Of a stretch of 50,938 nucleotides of DNA, positions 19,214 through 31,311 are shown piece after piece. Within the stretch, counting starts at the first letter, position 1. Each line of letters begins with the position of its first letter. The position numbers and the translations under genes were made by a program. The DNA comes from a virus (Duplodnaviria > Heunggongvirae > Uroviricota > Caudoviricetes), in the IMG/VR virus record IMGVR_UViG_2636415959_000002, one strand, 5' to 3'. Under the pieces are notes generated by a model. It saw only the letters and a list, made by a program, of their open reading frames with translations. It was not told the origin of the DNA and did no database searches.

Positions 19214-19369
19214 ATGCGTGAATATCCAAATGGCGAAAAAACACACCTTACTGTAATGGCCGCAGGGTTTCCATCTCTGACCGGAGATCATAAAGTCATT
19301 TATGTAGCCGCGGATCGACATGTTACTTCAGAAGAAATTCTGGAAGCAGCAATAAGGCTCTTGAGTTGA
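19214..19369 (+). CDS. Small 51-aa protein (YnfN-like)
   Basis: Internal start MREYPNGEKTHLTVMAAGFPSLTGDHK... within ORF 19178..19369; size and location between cspI and gnsB match ynfN of Qin-type prophages (recalled). Confidence 0.4.
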   Translation: MREYPNGEKTHLTVMAAGFPSLTGDHKVIYVAADRHVTSEEILEAAIRLLS

Positions 19370-19540
19370 TTTGATGCTATTGCATTGATAATTCAGGAAA
19401 ATTCTCTTTGTCTGTTTGTGTAAAATTTAGACTATCGTATGTTGATTATTGCGATGTTTCATCTTATCTTTTACACGTTTGCACCATATAATCGACTTAC
19501 TGTGTAACTGGAAAGTCATAACAGACTAAAAGAGGAAATG

Positions 19541-19714
19541 ATGAATATTGAAAACTTAAAAACAAAAGCAGAAGCAGATATTTCTGAATATATAACAAAA
19601 AAAATTATTGAACTTAAGAAAAAGACCGGGAAAGAAGTTACCAGTATTCAGTTTACCGCACGGGAAAAAATGACGGGTCTTGAAAGCTATGATGTCAAGA
19701 TTAATTTAATCTGA
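19541..19714 (+). CDS. gnsB: GnsA/GnsB-family small protein (57 aa)
   Basis: Not in the ORF track (<60 aa): MNIENLKTKAEADISEYITKKIIELKKKTGKEVTSIQFTAREKMTGLESYDVKINLI with AGAGGA RBS. Confidence 0.7.
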   Translation: MNIENLKTKAEADISEYITKKIIELKKKTGKEVTSIQFTAREKMTGLESYDVKINLI

Positions 19715-19865
19715 TGTATTCAATAATAAAATTTATCCATAAACCTCGTTTTTACGGGGTTTTGTTATATTTGAATGGTTCCGAATATCTAAATCACAAT
19801 TGTTGATGGTTTTTATTAAACCAATGCAGTCCGGCTCAGGAGTGAGAGAAGCCGGACGTTATGGT

Positions 19866-20291
19866 TTAGCGTGGTAAGATCTGTGTAGTTTTCTGGATGC
19901 TTTCAGTAAATAGTAATGAATTATCAAAGGTATAGTAATATCTTTTTTGTTCGTGGATATTTGTAACCCACCGAAAAACTCCTGCTTTAGCAAGGTTTCT
20001 TCTGTATTCCTGAAATGTGATCTCTCTGGATTTCAGCTTATTAGAGGTCGTTTCTATAAGATGCCTATCCTTTGAAAATTTGACAGACACAATGTTTTTT
20101 AGGCCCTTTAATAACACTGTATTATCATTTTTTAATACAATATGAACATTCTCTGTGGCTAAATAGTAAATGTAATGTGAGACATTGTGACGTTTTAGCT
20201 CAGAATAAAACCATTGATAGTTTAAATCGTTTCGAACTTTATCAAATATTTGTTTAAAAATGACTACCTGATCCATAGATAAACCTTCCAT
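19866..20291 (-). CDS. ydfO: YdfO-like protein (DUF1398 family)
   Basis: 141-aa ORF; recalled as matching YdfO of Qin-type prophages. Confidence 0.55.
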
Positions 20292-20333
20292 GTGATATGA
20301 GGGGGCGTAGTCTGCACGATTATCTAAATTGCT

Positions 20334-20567
20334 TCAATCTGGTCTGACCTGTTTTCTGAGCAATTCAGTAATGTCACTCTTTTCTTTGTTTGCTTCAGAA
20401 GAAACTCTTTTTTCTGAGCACAGTCTCCGGCGGCAGGCTTCAATGACCCAGGCTGAGAAATTCCCGGACCCTTTTTGCTCAAGAGCGATGTTAATTTGTT
20501 CAATCATTTGGTTAGGAAAGCGGATGTTGCGGGTTGTTGTTCTGCGGGTTCTGTTCTTCGTTGACAT
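20334..20567 (-). CDS. Small ribbon-helix-helix-like protein (YnfO-like)
   Basis: 77 aa; basic N-terminus then RNIRFPNQMIEQINIALEQKGSGNFSAWVIEACRR, typical RHH/Arc-like topology. Confidence 0.5.
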   Translation of the reverse strand: MSTKNRTRRTTTRNIRFPNQMIEQINIALEQKGSGNFSAWVIEACRRRLCSEKRVSSEANKEKSDITELLRKQVRPD

Positions 20568-20699
20568 GAGGTTGTCCCGTATTCAGTGTCGCTGATTTGT
20601 ATTGTCTGAAGTTGTTTTTACGTTAAGTTGATGCAGATCAATTAATACGATATCTGCGTCATAATTGATTATTTGACGTGGTTTGATGGCGTAGATGCA

Positions 20700-20955
20700 C
20701 GTTGTGACATGCAGATGATAATTATTATCATTTTGCGGGTCCTTTCCGGCGATCCGACAGGTTACGGGGCGGCGACCTCGCGGGTTTTCGCTATTTATGA
20801 AAATTTTCCGGTTTAAGGCGTTTCCGTTCTTCTTCGTTGTAACTTAATGTTTTTATTTAAAATACCCCCTGAAAAGAAAGGAAACGACAGGTGCTGAAAA
20901 CGAGCTTTTGGGCCTCTGTCGTTTCCTTTCTCTGTTTTTGGCCGTGGAATGAACA
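20700..20955 (+). other. cos: Lambda-type cos site (cosQ-cosN-cosB) upstream of Nu1
   Basis: Lambda right-end sequence ...cgacaggttacg followed by the 12-nt cohesive-end sequence gggcggcgacct (~20767-20778) and a cosB-like region with IHF/terminase-binding repeats up to the Nu1 start. Confidence 0.75.
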
Positions 20956-21475
20956 ATGGAAGTCAACAAAAAGCAGCTGGCTGACATTTTCGGTGCGAGT
21001 ATCCGTACCATTCAGAACTGGCAGGAACAGGGAATGCCCGTTCTGCGAGGCGGTGGCAAGGGTAATGAGGTGCTTTATGACTCTGCCGCCGTTATAAGAT
21101 GGTATGCCGAAAGGGATGCTGAAATTGAGAACGAAAAGCTGCGCCGGGAAGTTGAAGAACTGCGGCAGGCCAGCGAGGCAGATCTCCAGCCAGGGACTAT
21201 TGAGTACGAACGCCATCGACTTACGCGTGCGTAGGCCGACGCACAGGAACTGAAGAATGCCAGAGACTCCGCTGAAGTGGTGGAAACCGCATTCTGTACT
21301 TTCGTGCTGTCGCGGATCGCAGGTGAAATTGCCAGTATTCTCGACGGGATCCCCCTGTCGGTGCAGCGGCGTTTTCCGGAACTGGAAAACCGACATGTTG
21401 ATTTCCTGAAACGGGATATCATCAAAGCCATGAACAAAGCAGCCGCGCTGGATGAACTGATACCGGGGTTGCTGA

Positions 21476-21501
<26 letters not shown>
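20956..21501 (+). pseudogene. nu1: Terminase small subunit Nu1 interrupted by an in-frame amber (TAG) codon
   Basis: ORFs 20956..21234 and 21277..21501 are in the same frame and together reconstitute a 181-codon lambda Nu1-like protein (MEVNKKQLADIFGASIRTIQNWQEQGMP ... LSEYIEQSG); single TAG at 21232-21234. Confidence 0.85.
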
Positions 21502-25182
<3,681 letters not shown>

Positions 25183-25202
<20 letters not shown>

Positions 25203-26502
25203 TCTCCCGCATATTGCCAGCATGGCTTTTAATGAGCCGCTGATGCTTGAACCCGCCTATGCGCGGGTTTTCTTTTGTGCGCTTGCAGGCCAGCTTGGGA
25301 TCAGTCGCCTGACGGATGCAGTATCCGGCGACAGCCTGACTGCCGGAGAGGCACCCGCGGCGCTGGCGTTATCCGGTGATGATGACGGACCACGACAGGC
25401 CCGCAGTTATCAGGTCATGAACGGCATCGCCGTGCTGCCGGTGTCCGGTACGCTGGTCAGCCGGACGCGGGCGCTGCAGCCGTATTCGGGAATGACCGGT
25501 TACAACGGCATTATCGCTCGTCTGCAACAGGCTGCCAGCGATCCGATGGTGGACGGCATTCTGCTCGATATGGACACACCGGGCGGGATGGTGGCGGGAG
25601 CATTTGACTGTGCTGACATCATCGCCCGTGTGCGTGACATAAAGCCGGTATGGGCGCTGGCCAACGACATGAACTGCAGTGCAGGTCAGCTGCTTGCCAG
25701 CGCCGCCTCCCGGCGTCTGGTCACGCAGACCGCCCGGACAGGCTCCATCGGCGTCATGATGGCTCACAGTAATTACGGCGCTGCGCTGGAGAAACAGGGC
25801 GTGGAAATCACGCTGATTTACAGCGGCAGCCATAAGGTGGATGGCAACCCCTACAGCCATCTACCGGGTGATGTCCGGGAGACACTGCAGTCCCGGATGG
25901 ATGCAACCCGCCGGATGTTTGCGCAGAAGGTGTCGGCATATACCGGCCTGTCCGTGCAGGCTGTGCTGGATACCGAGGCTGCAGTGTACAGCGGTCAGGA
26001 GGCCATTGATGCCGGACTGGCTGATGAACTTGTCAACAGCACCGATGCGATCACCGTTATGCGTGATGCACTGGATGCACGTAAATCCCGTCTCTCAGGA
26101 GGGCGAATGACCAAAGAGACTCAATCAACAACTGTTTCAGCCACTGCTTCGCAGGCTGACGTTACTGACGTGGTGCAAGCGACGGAGGGCGAAAACGCCA
26201 GCGCGGCGCAGCCGGACGTGAACGCGCAGATCACCGCTGCGGTTGCGGCAGAAAACAGCCGCATTATGGGGATCCTCAACTGTGAGGAAGCTCACGGACG
26301 CGAAGAACAGGCACGTGTGCTGGCCGAAACCCCCGGTATGACCGTGGAAACGGCCCGCCGCATTCTGGCCGCAGCACCACAGAGTGCACAGGCGCGCAGT
26401 GACACTGCGCTGGATCGTCTGATGCAGGGGGCACCGGCACCGCTGGCTGCAGGTAACCCGGCATCTGATGCCGTTAACGATTTGCTGAACACACCAGTGT
26501 AA
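25183..26502 (+). CDS. C: Head maturation protease/scaffold (lambda gpC with nested Nu3)
   Basis: GTG start after AGGAGGAG (VTAELRNLPHIASMAF...); S49-type protease region; ORF track extends upstream to 25048 in the same frame. Confidence 0.9.
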
Positions 26503-26511
26503 GGGATGTTT

Positions 26512-26844
26512 ATGACGAGCAAAGAAACCTTTACCCATTACCAGCCGCTGGGCAACAGTGACCCGGCTCATACCGCAACCGCGCCCGGAGGATTGAGTGC
26601 GAAAGCGCCTGCAATGACCCCGCTGATGCTGGACACCTCCACCCGTAAGCTGGTTGCGTGGGATGGCACCACCGACGGTGCTGCCGTTGGCATTCTGGCG
26701 GTTGCTGCTGACCAGACCAGCACCACACTGATGTTCTACAAGTCCGGCACGTTCCGTTATGAGGATGTGCTCTGGCCGGAGGCTGCCAGCGACGAGACGA
26801 AAAAACGGACCGCGTTTGCCGGAACGGCAATCAGCATCGTTTAA
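26512..26844 (+). CDS. D: Head decoration protein D
   Basis: [27 protein letters not shown]..., lambda gpD-like, 110 aa. Confidence 0.9.
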   Translation: MTSKETFTHYQPLGNSDPAHTATAPGGLSAKAPAMTPLMLDTSTRKLVAWDGTTDGAAVGILAVAADQTSTTLMFYKSGTFRYEDVLWPEAASDETKKRTAFAGTAISIV

Positions 26845-26899
26845 CCTTACCCTTCATCACTAAAGGCCGCCTGTGCGGCTTTTTTTATGGGATTTTTTT

Positions 26900-27925
26900 A
26901 TGTCGATGTACACAACCGCCCAGCTGCTGGCGGCAAATGAGAAGAAGTTTAAGTTTGATCCGCTGTTTCTGCGTCTCTTTTTCCGTGAGAGCTATCCCTT
27001 CACCACGGAGAAAGTCTATCTCTCACAAATTCCGGGACTGGTAAACATGGCGCTGTACGTTTCGCCGATTGTTTCCGGTGAGGTTATCCGCTCCCGTGGC
27101 GGCTCCACCTCTGAATTTACACCGGGATATGTCAAGCCGAAGCATGAGGTGAATCCGCAGATGACCCTGCGTCGCCTGCCGGATGAAGATCCGCAGAATC
27201 TGGCGGACCCGGCTTACCGCCGCCGTCGCATCATCATGCAGAACATGCGAGACGAAGAGCTGGCCATTGCTCAGGTCGAAGAGATGCAGGCAGTTTCTGC
27301 TGTGCTTAAGGGCAAATACACCATGACCGGTGAAGCCTTCGATCCGGTTGAGGTGGATATGGGCCGCAGTGCGGCGAACAACATCACACAGTCCGGTGGT
27401 ACGGAGTGGAGCAAGCGTGACAAGTCCACGTATGACCCGACCGACGATATCGAAGCCTATGCGCTGAACGCCAGCGGAGTGGTGAATATCATCGTGTTTG
27501 ATCCGAAAGGCTGGGTGCTGTTCCGTTCCTTCAAAGCCGTCAGGGAGAAGCTGGATACCCGTCGCGGCTCTAATTCCGAGCTGGAGACAGCGGTAAAAGA
27601 CCTGGGCGAAGCGGTGTCCTATAAGGGGATGTATGGCGATACGGCGATCGTCGTGTATTCCGGACAGTACGTGGAAAACGACGTCAAAAAGAACTTCCTG
27701 CCGGACAACACGATGGTGCTGGGGAACACTCAGGCACGCGGTCTGCGCACCTATGGCTGCATTCAGGATGCGGACGCACAGCGCGAAGGTATTAACGCCT
27801 CTGCCCGCTACCCGAAAAACTGGGTGACCACCGGCGATCCGGCGCGTGAGTTCACCATGATTCAGTCAGCACCGCTGATGCTGCTGGCTGATCCTGATGC
27901 GTTCGTGTCCGTACAACTGGCGTAA
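26900..27925 (+). CDS. E: Major capsid protein E
   Basis: MSMYTTAQLLAANEKKFKFDPLFLRLFF..., lambda gpE-like, 341 aa (start taken from the ORF-track frame). Confidence 0.95.
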   Translation: MSMYTTAQLLAANEKKFKFDPLFLRLFFRESYPFTTEKVYLSQIPGLVNMALYVSPIVSGEVIRSRGGSTSEFTPGYVKPKHEVNPQMTLRRLPDEDPQNLADPAYRRRRIIMQNMRDEELAIAQVEEMQAVSAVLKGKYTMTGEAFDPVEVDMGRSAANNITQSGGTEWSKRDKSTYDPTDDIEAYALNASGVVNIIVFDPKGWVLFRSFKAVREKLDTRRGSNSELETAVKDLGEAVSYKGMYGDTAIVVYSGQYVENDVKKNFLPDNTMVLGNTQARGLRTYGCIQDADAQREGINASARYPKNWVTTGDPAREFTMIQSAPLMLLADPDAFVSVQLA

Positions 27926-27966
27926 TCATGGCCCTTCGGGGCCATTTTCTCTCTGTGGAGGAGTCC

Positions 27967-28362
27967 ATGACGAAAGATGAACTGATTGCCCGTCTTCAGG
28001 TGCTGGGTGAGCAACTGAACCGTGATGTCAGCCTGACGGGGACGAAAGAAGAACTGGTGCTCCGTGTGGCAGAGCTGGAAGAGGAGCTTGATGACACGGA
28101 TGACGCTGCCGGTCAGGACACATCTGTCAGCCCGGAAAATGCGCTGACCGGACATGAAAATGAGGTGGTATCAGCGCAGCCGGATACCGTGATTGATACG
28201 GCTGCTCTGGTCACGGTCGTGGCACTGGTGACGCTGCATACTGATGCACTTCACGCCACGCGGGATGAGCCTGTGGCATTTGTGCTGCCGGGAACGGCGT
28301 TTCGTGTCTCTGCCGGTGTGGCAGCCGAAATGACAGAACATGGCCTGGCCAGAATGCAATAA
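27967..28362 (+). CDS. FI: DNA-packaging protein FI
   Basis: MTKDELIARLQVLGEQLNRDVSLTGTKEEL..., lambda gpFI-like; GGAGG RBS. Confidence 0.85.
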   Translation: MTKDELIARLQVLGEQLNRDVSLTGTKEELVLRVAELEEELDDTDDAAGQDTSVSPENALTGHENEVVSAQPDTVIDTAALVTVVALVTLHTDALHATRDEPVAFVLPGTAFRVSAGVAAEMTEHGLARMQ

Positions 28363-28373
28363 CGGGAGGCGCT

Positions 28374-28727
28374 GTGGCTGATTCCGATAACCTGTTCGAT
28401 GCTGCCATTGCCCGCGCCGATGAAACGATACGCGGGTACATGGGAACGTCAGCCACCATGACATCCGGTGAGCTGTCCGGTGCTGTGATACGTGGTGTTT
28501 TTGATGACCCTGAAAATATCAGCTATGCCGGACAGGGGGTGCGCGTTGAAGGCTCCAGCCCGTCCCTGTTTGTCCGGACTGATGATGTGCGGCAGCTGCG
28601 GCGTGGAGACACACTGACCATCGGCGAGGAAAACTTCTGGGTGGACCGGATTTCGCCGGATGATGGCGGAAGCTGTCATCTCTGGCTTGGGCGTGGCGTG
28701 CCGCCTGCCGTTAACCGTCGCCGCTGA
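28374..28727 (+). CDS. FII: Head completion protein FII
   Basis: 117 aa MADSDNLFDAAIARADETIRGYMG..., lambda gpFII-like. Confidence 0.9.
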   Translation: MADSDNLFDAAIARADETIRGYMGTSATMTSGELSGAVIRGVFDDPENISYAGQGVRVEGSSPSLFVRTDDVRQLRRGDTLTIGEENFWVDRISPDDGGSCHLWLGRGVPPAVNRRR

Positions 28728-28738
28728 AAGGGGGATGT

Positions 28739-29317
28739 ATGGCCATAAAAGGTCTTGAGCAGGCCGTTGAAAACCTCAGCCGTATCAGCAAAACGGCGGT
28801 GCCTGGTGCCGCCGCAATGGCCATTAACCGCGTTGCGTCATCCGCGATATCGCAGTCTGCGTCACAGGTTGCCCGTGAGACAAAGGTACGCCGGAAACTG
28901 GTAAAGGAAAGGGCCAGGCTGAAAAGGGCCACGGTCAAAAATCCGCAGGCCAGAATCAGGGTTAACCGGGGGGATTTGCCCGTAATCAAGCTGGGTAACG
29001 CGCGGGTTGTCCTTTCCCGCCGCAGACGTCGTAAAAAGGGGCAGCGTTCATCCCTGAAAGGTGGCGGCAGCGTGCTTGTGGTGGGAAACCGTCGTATTCC
29101 CGGCGCGTTTATTCAGCAACTGAAAAATGGCCGGTGGCATGTCATGCAGCGTGTGGCCGGGAAAAACCGTTACCCCATTGATGTGGTGAAAATCCCGATG
29201 GCGGTGCCGCTTACCACGGCGTTTAAACAGAATATTGAACGGATACGGCGTGAACGTCTTCCGAAAGAGCTGGGCTATGCGCTGCAGCATCAACTGAGAA
29301 TGGTAATAAAGCGATGA
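28739..29317 (+). CDS. Z: Tail completion protein Z
   Basis: 192 aa, lambda gpZ-like. Confidence 0.9.
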   Translation: MAIKGLEQAVENLSRISKTAVPGAAAMAINRVASSAISQSASQVARETKVRRKLVKERARLKRATVKNPQARIRVNRGDLPVIKLGNARVVLSRRRRRKKGQRSSLKGGGSVLVVGNRRIPGAFIQQLKNGRWHVMQRVAGKNRYPIDVVKIPMAVPLTTAFKQNIERIRRERLPKELGYALQHQLRMVIKR

Positions 29318-29709
29318 AACATACTGAACTCCGTGCAGCCGTACTGGATGCACTGGAGAAGCATGACACCGGGGCGACGCTTTTTGATGGTCGCCCCGCT
29401 GTTTTTGATGAGGCGGATTTTCCGGCAATTGCCGTTTATCTCACCGGCGCTGAATACACGGGCGAAGAGCTGGACAGTGATACCTGGCAGGCGGAGCTGC
29501 ATATTGAAGTTTTCCTGCCTGCTCAGGTGCCGGATTCAGAGCTGGATGCGTGGATGGAGTCCCGGATTTATCCGGTGATGAGTGATATCCCGGCACTGTC
29601 AGATTTGATCACCAGTATGGTGACCAGCGGCTATGACTACCGGCGCGACGATGATGCGGGCCTGTGGAGTTCAGCCGATCTGACTTATGTCATTACCTAT
29701 GAAATGTGA
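29314..29709 (+). CDS. U: Tail terminator protein U
   Basis: 131 aa, lambda gpU-like. Confidence 0.9.
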   Translation: MKHTELRAAVLDALEKHDTGATLFDGRPAVFDEADFPAIAVYLTGAEYTGEELDSDTWQAELHIEVFLPAQVPDSELDAWMESRIYPVMSDIPALSDLITSMVTSGYDYRRDDDAGLWSSADLTYVITYEM

Positions 29710-29716
29710 GGACGCT

Positions 29717-30457
29717 ATGCCTGTACCAAATCCTGTAATGCCGGTGAAAGGGGCCGGGACCACCCTGTGGGTTTATAAGGGGAGTGGTGACCCTTATGCG
29801 AATCCGCTTTCAGACGTTGACTGGTCGCGTCTGGCAAAAGTTAAAGACCTGACGCCCGGCGAACTGACCGCTGAGTCTTATGACGACAGCTATCTCGATG
29901 ATGAAGATGCAGACTGGACTGCGACCGGGCAGGGGCAGAAATCTGCCGGAGATACCAGCTTCACGCTGGCGTGGATGCCCGGAGAGCAGGGGCAGCAGGC
30001 GCTGCTGGCGTGGTTTAATGAAGGCGATACCCGTGCCTATAAAATCCGCTTCCCGAACGGCACGGTCGATGTGTTCCGTGGCTGGGTCAGCAGTATCGGT
30101 AAGGCGGTGACGGCGAAGGAAGTGATTACCCGCACGGTGAAGGTCACCAATGTGGGACGTCCGTCGATGGCAGAAGATCGCAGCACGGTGACGGCGACAA
30201 CCGGCATGACGGTGACACCCGCCAGTGCTTCCGTAGTGAAAGGGCAGAGCACCACGCTGACCGTGGCATTCCAGCCGGATGGCGCAACCGACAAGAGCTT
30301 CCGTGCGGTGTCTGCGGATAAAACAAAAGCCACCGTGTCGGTCAGTGGTATGACCATCACCGTGAAAGGTGTTGCTGCAGGCAAGGTCAACATTCCGGTC
30401 GTATCCGGTAATGGTGAGTTTGCTGCGGTTGCAGAAATCAACGTCACCGCCAGTTAA
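29717..30457 (+). CDS. V: Major tail tube protein V
   Basis: 246 aa from [22 protein letters not shown]..., lambda gpV-like with C-terminal Ig-like domain. Confidence 0.95.
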   Translation: MPVPNPVMPVKGAGTTLWVYKGSGDPYANPLSDVDWSRLAKVKDLTPGELTAESYDDSYLDDEDADWTATGQGQKSAGDTSFTLAWMPGEQGQQALLAWFNEGDTRAYKIRFPNGTVDVFRGWVSSIGKAVTAKEVITRTVKVTNVGRPSMAEDRSTVTATTGMTVTPASASVVKGQSTTLTVAFQPDGATDKSFRAVSADKTKATVSVSGMTITVKGVAAGKVNIPVVSGNGEFAAVAEINVTAS

Positions 30458-30472
30458 TCCGGAGAGTCAGCG

Positions 30473-30895
30473 ATGTTCCTGAAAACCGAATCATTTGAAC
30501 ATAACGGTGTGACCGTCACGCTTTCTGAACTGTCAGCCCTGCAGCGTATTGAGCATCTCGCCCTGATGAAACGGCAGGCAGAACAGGCGGAGTCAGACAG
30601 CAACCGGAAGTTTACTGTGGAAGACGCCATCAGAACCGGCGCGTTTCTGGTGGCGATGTCCCTGTGGCATAACCATCCGAAGAAGACAAAGCTGCCTTCC
30701 ATGAATTAAGCCGTTAAACAGATTGAGCAGGAAGTGCTTACCACCTGGCCCACAGAGGCAATTTCTCATGCTGAAAACGTGGTGTACCGGCTGTCCGGTA
30801 TGTATGAGTTTGTGGTGAATGATGCTCCTGAACAGGCAGAGGACGCCGGGCCTGCAGAGCCTGTTTCTGCGGGAAAGTGTTCGACGGTGAGCTGA
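30473..30895 (+). pseudogene. G: Tail assembly chaperone G interrupted by an in-frame ochre (TAA) codon
   Basis: ORF stops at TAA 30707-30709 after ...KKTKLPSMN; the same frame continues AVKQIEQEVLTTWPTEAISHAENVVYRLSGMYEFVV...SAGKCSTVS to TGA at 30893-30895, restoring a 140-codon gpG; the G-T slippery heptamer G GGA AAG (~30871-30877) is intact. Confidence 0.8.
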
Positions 30896-31311
30896 GTTTT
30901 GCCCTGAAACTGGCGCGTGAGATGGGGCGACCCGACTGGCGCGCCATGCTTGCCGGGATGTCATCCACGGAGTATGCCGACTGGCACCGCTTTTACAGTA
31001 CCCATTATTTTCATGATGTTCTGCTGGATATGCACTTTTCCGGGCTGACGTACACCGTGCTCAGCCTGTTTTTCAGCGATCCGGAGATGCATCCGCTGGA
31101 TTTCAGTCTGCTGAACCGGCGCGAGGCTGACGAAGAGCCTGAAGATGATGTGCTGATGCAGAAAGCGGCAGGGCTTGCCGGAGGCGTCCGCTTTGGTCCG
31201 GACGGGAATGAAGTTATCCCCGCTTCCCCGGATGTGGCGGACATGACGGAGGATGACGTAATGCTGATGACAGTATCAGAAGGGATCGCAGGAGGAGTCC
31301 GGTATGGCTGA
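30877..31311 (+). CDS. T: Tail assembly protein T reading frame (expressed as a G-T fusion by -1 frameshift)
   Basis: -1 frame relative to G starting at the slippery site; lambda gpT-like (…FDGELSFALKLAREMGRPDWRAMLAGM...). Confidence 0.75.
   Translation: MFDGELSFALKLAREMGRPDWRAMLAGMSSTEYADWHRFYSTHYFHDVLLDMHFSGLTYTVLSLFFSDPEMHPLDFSLLNRREADEEPEDDVLMQKAAGLAGGVRFGPDGNEVIPASPDVADMTEDDVMLMTVSEGIAGGVRYG

Noticed and set aside
19127-19321. 64-aa minus-strand ORF overlapping the putative ynfN-like gene
   Set aside because: Antisense to a more protein-like plus-strand ORF and lacking an RBS; the 69-aa minus ORF at 18914..19123 is also unconvincing.
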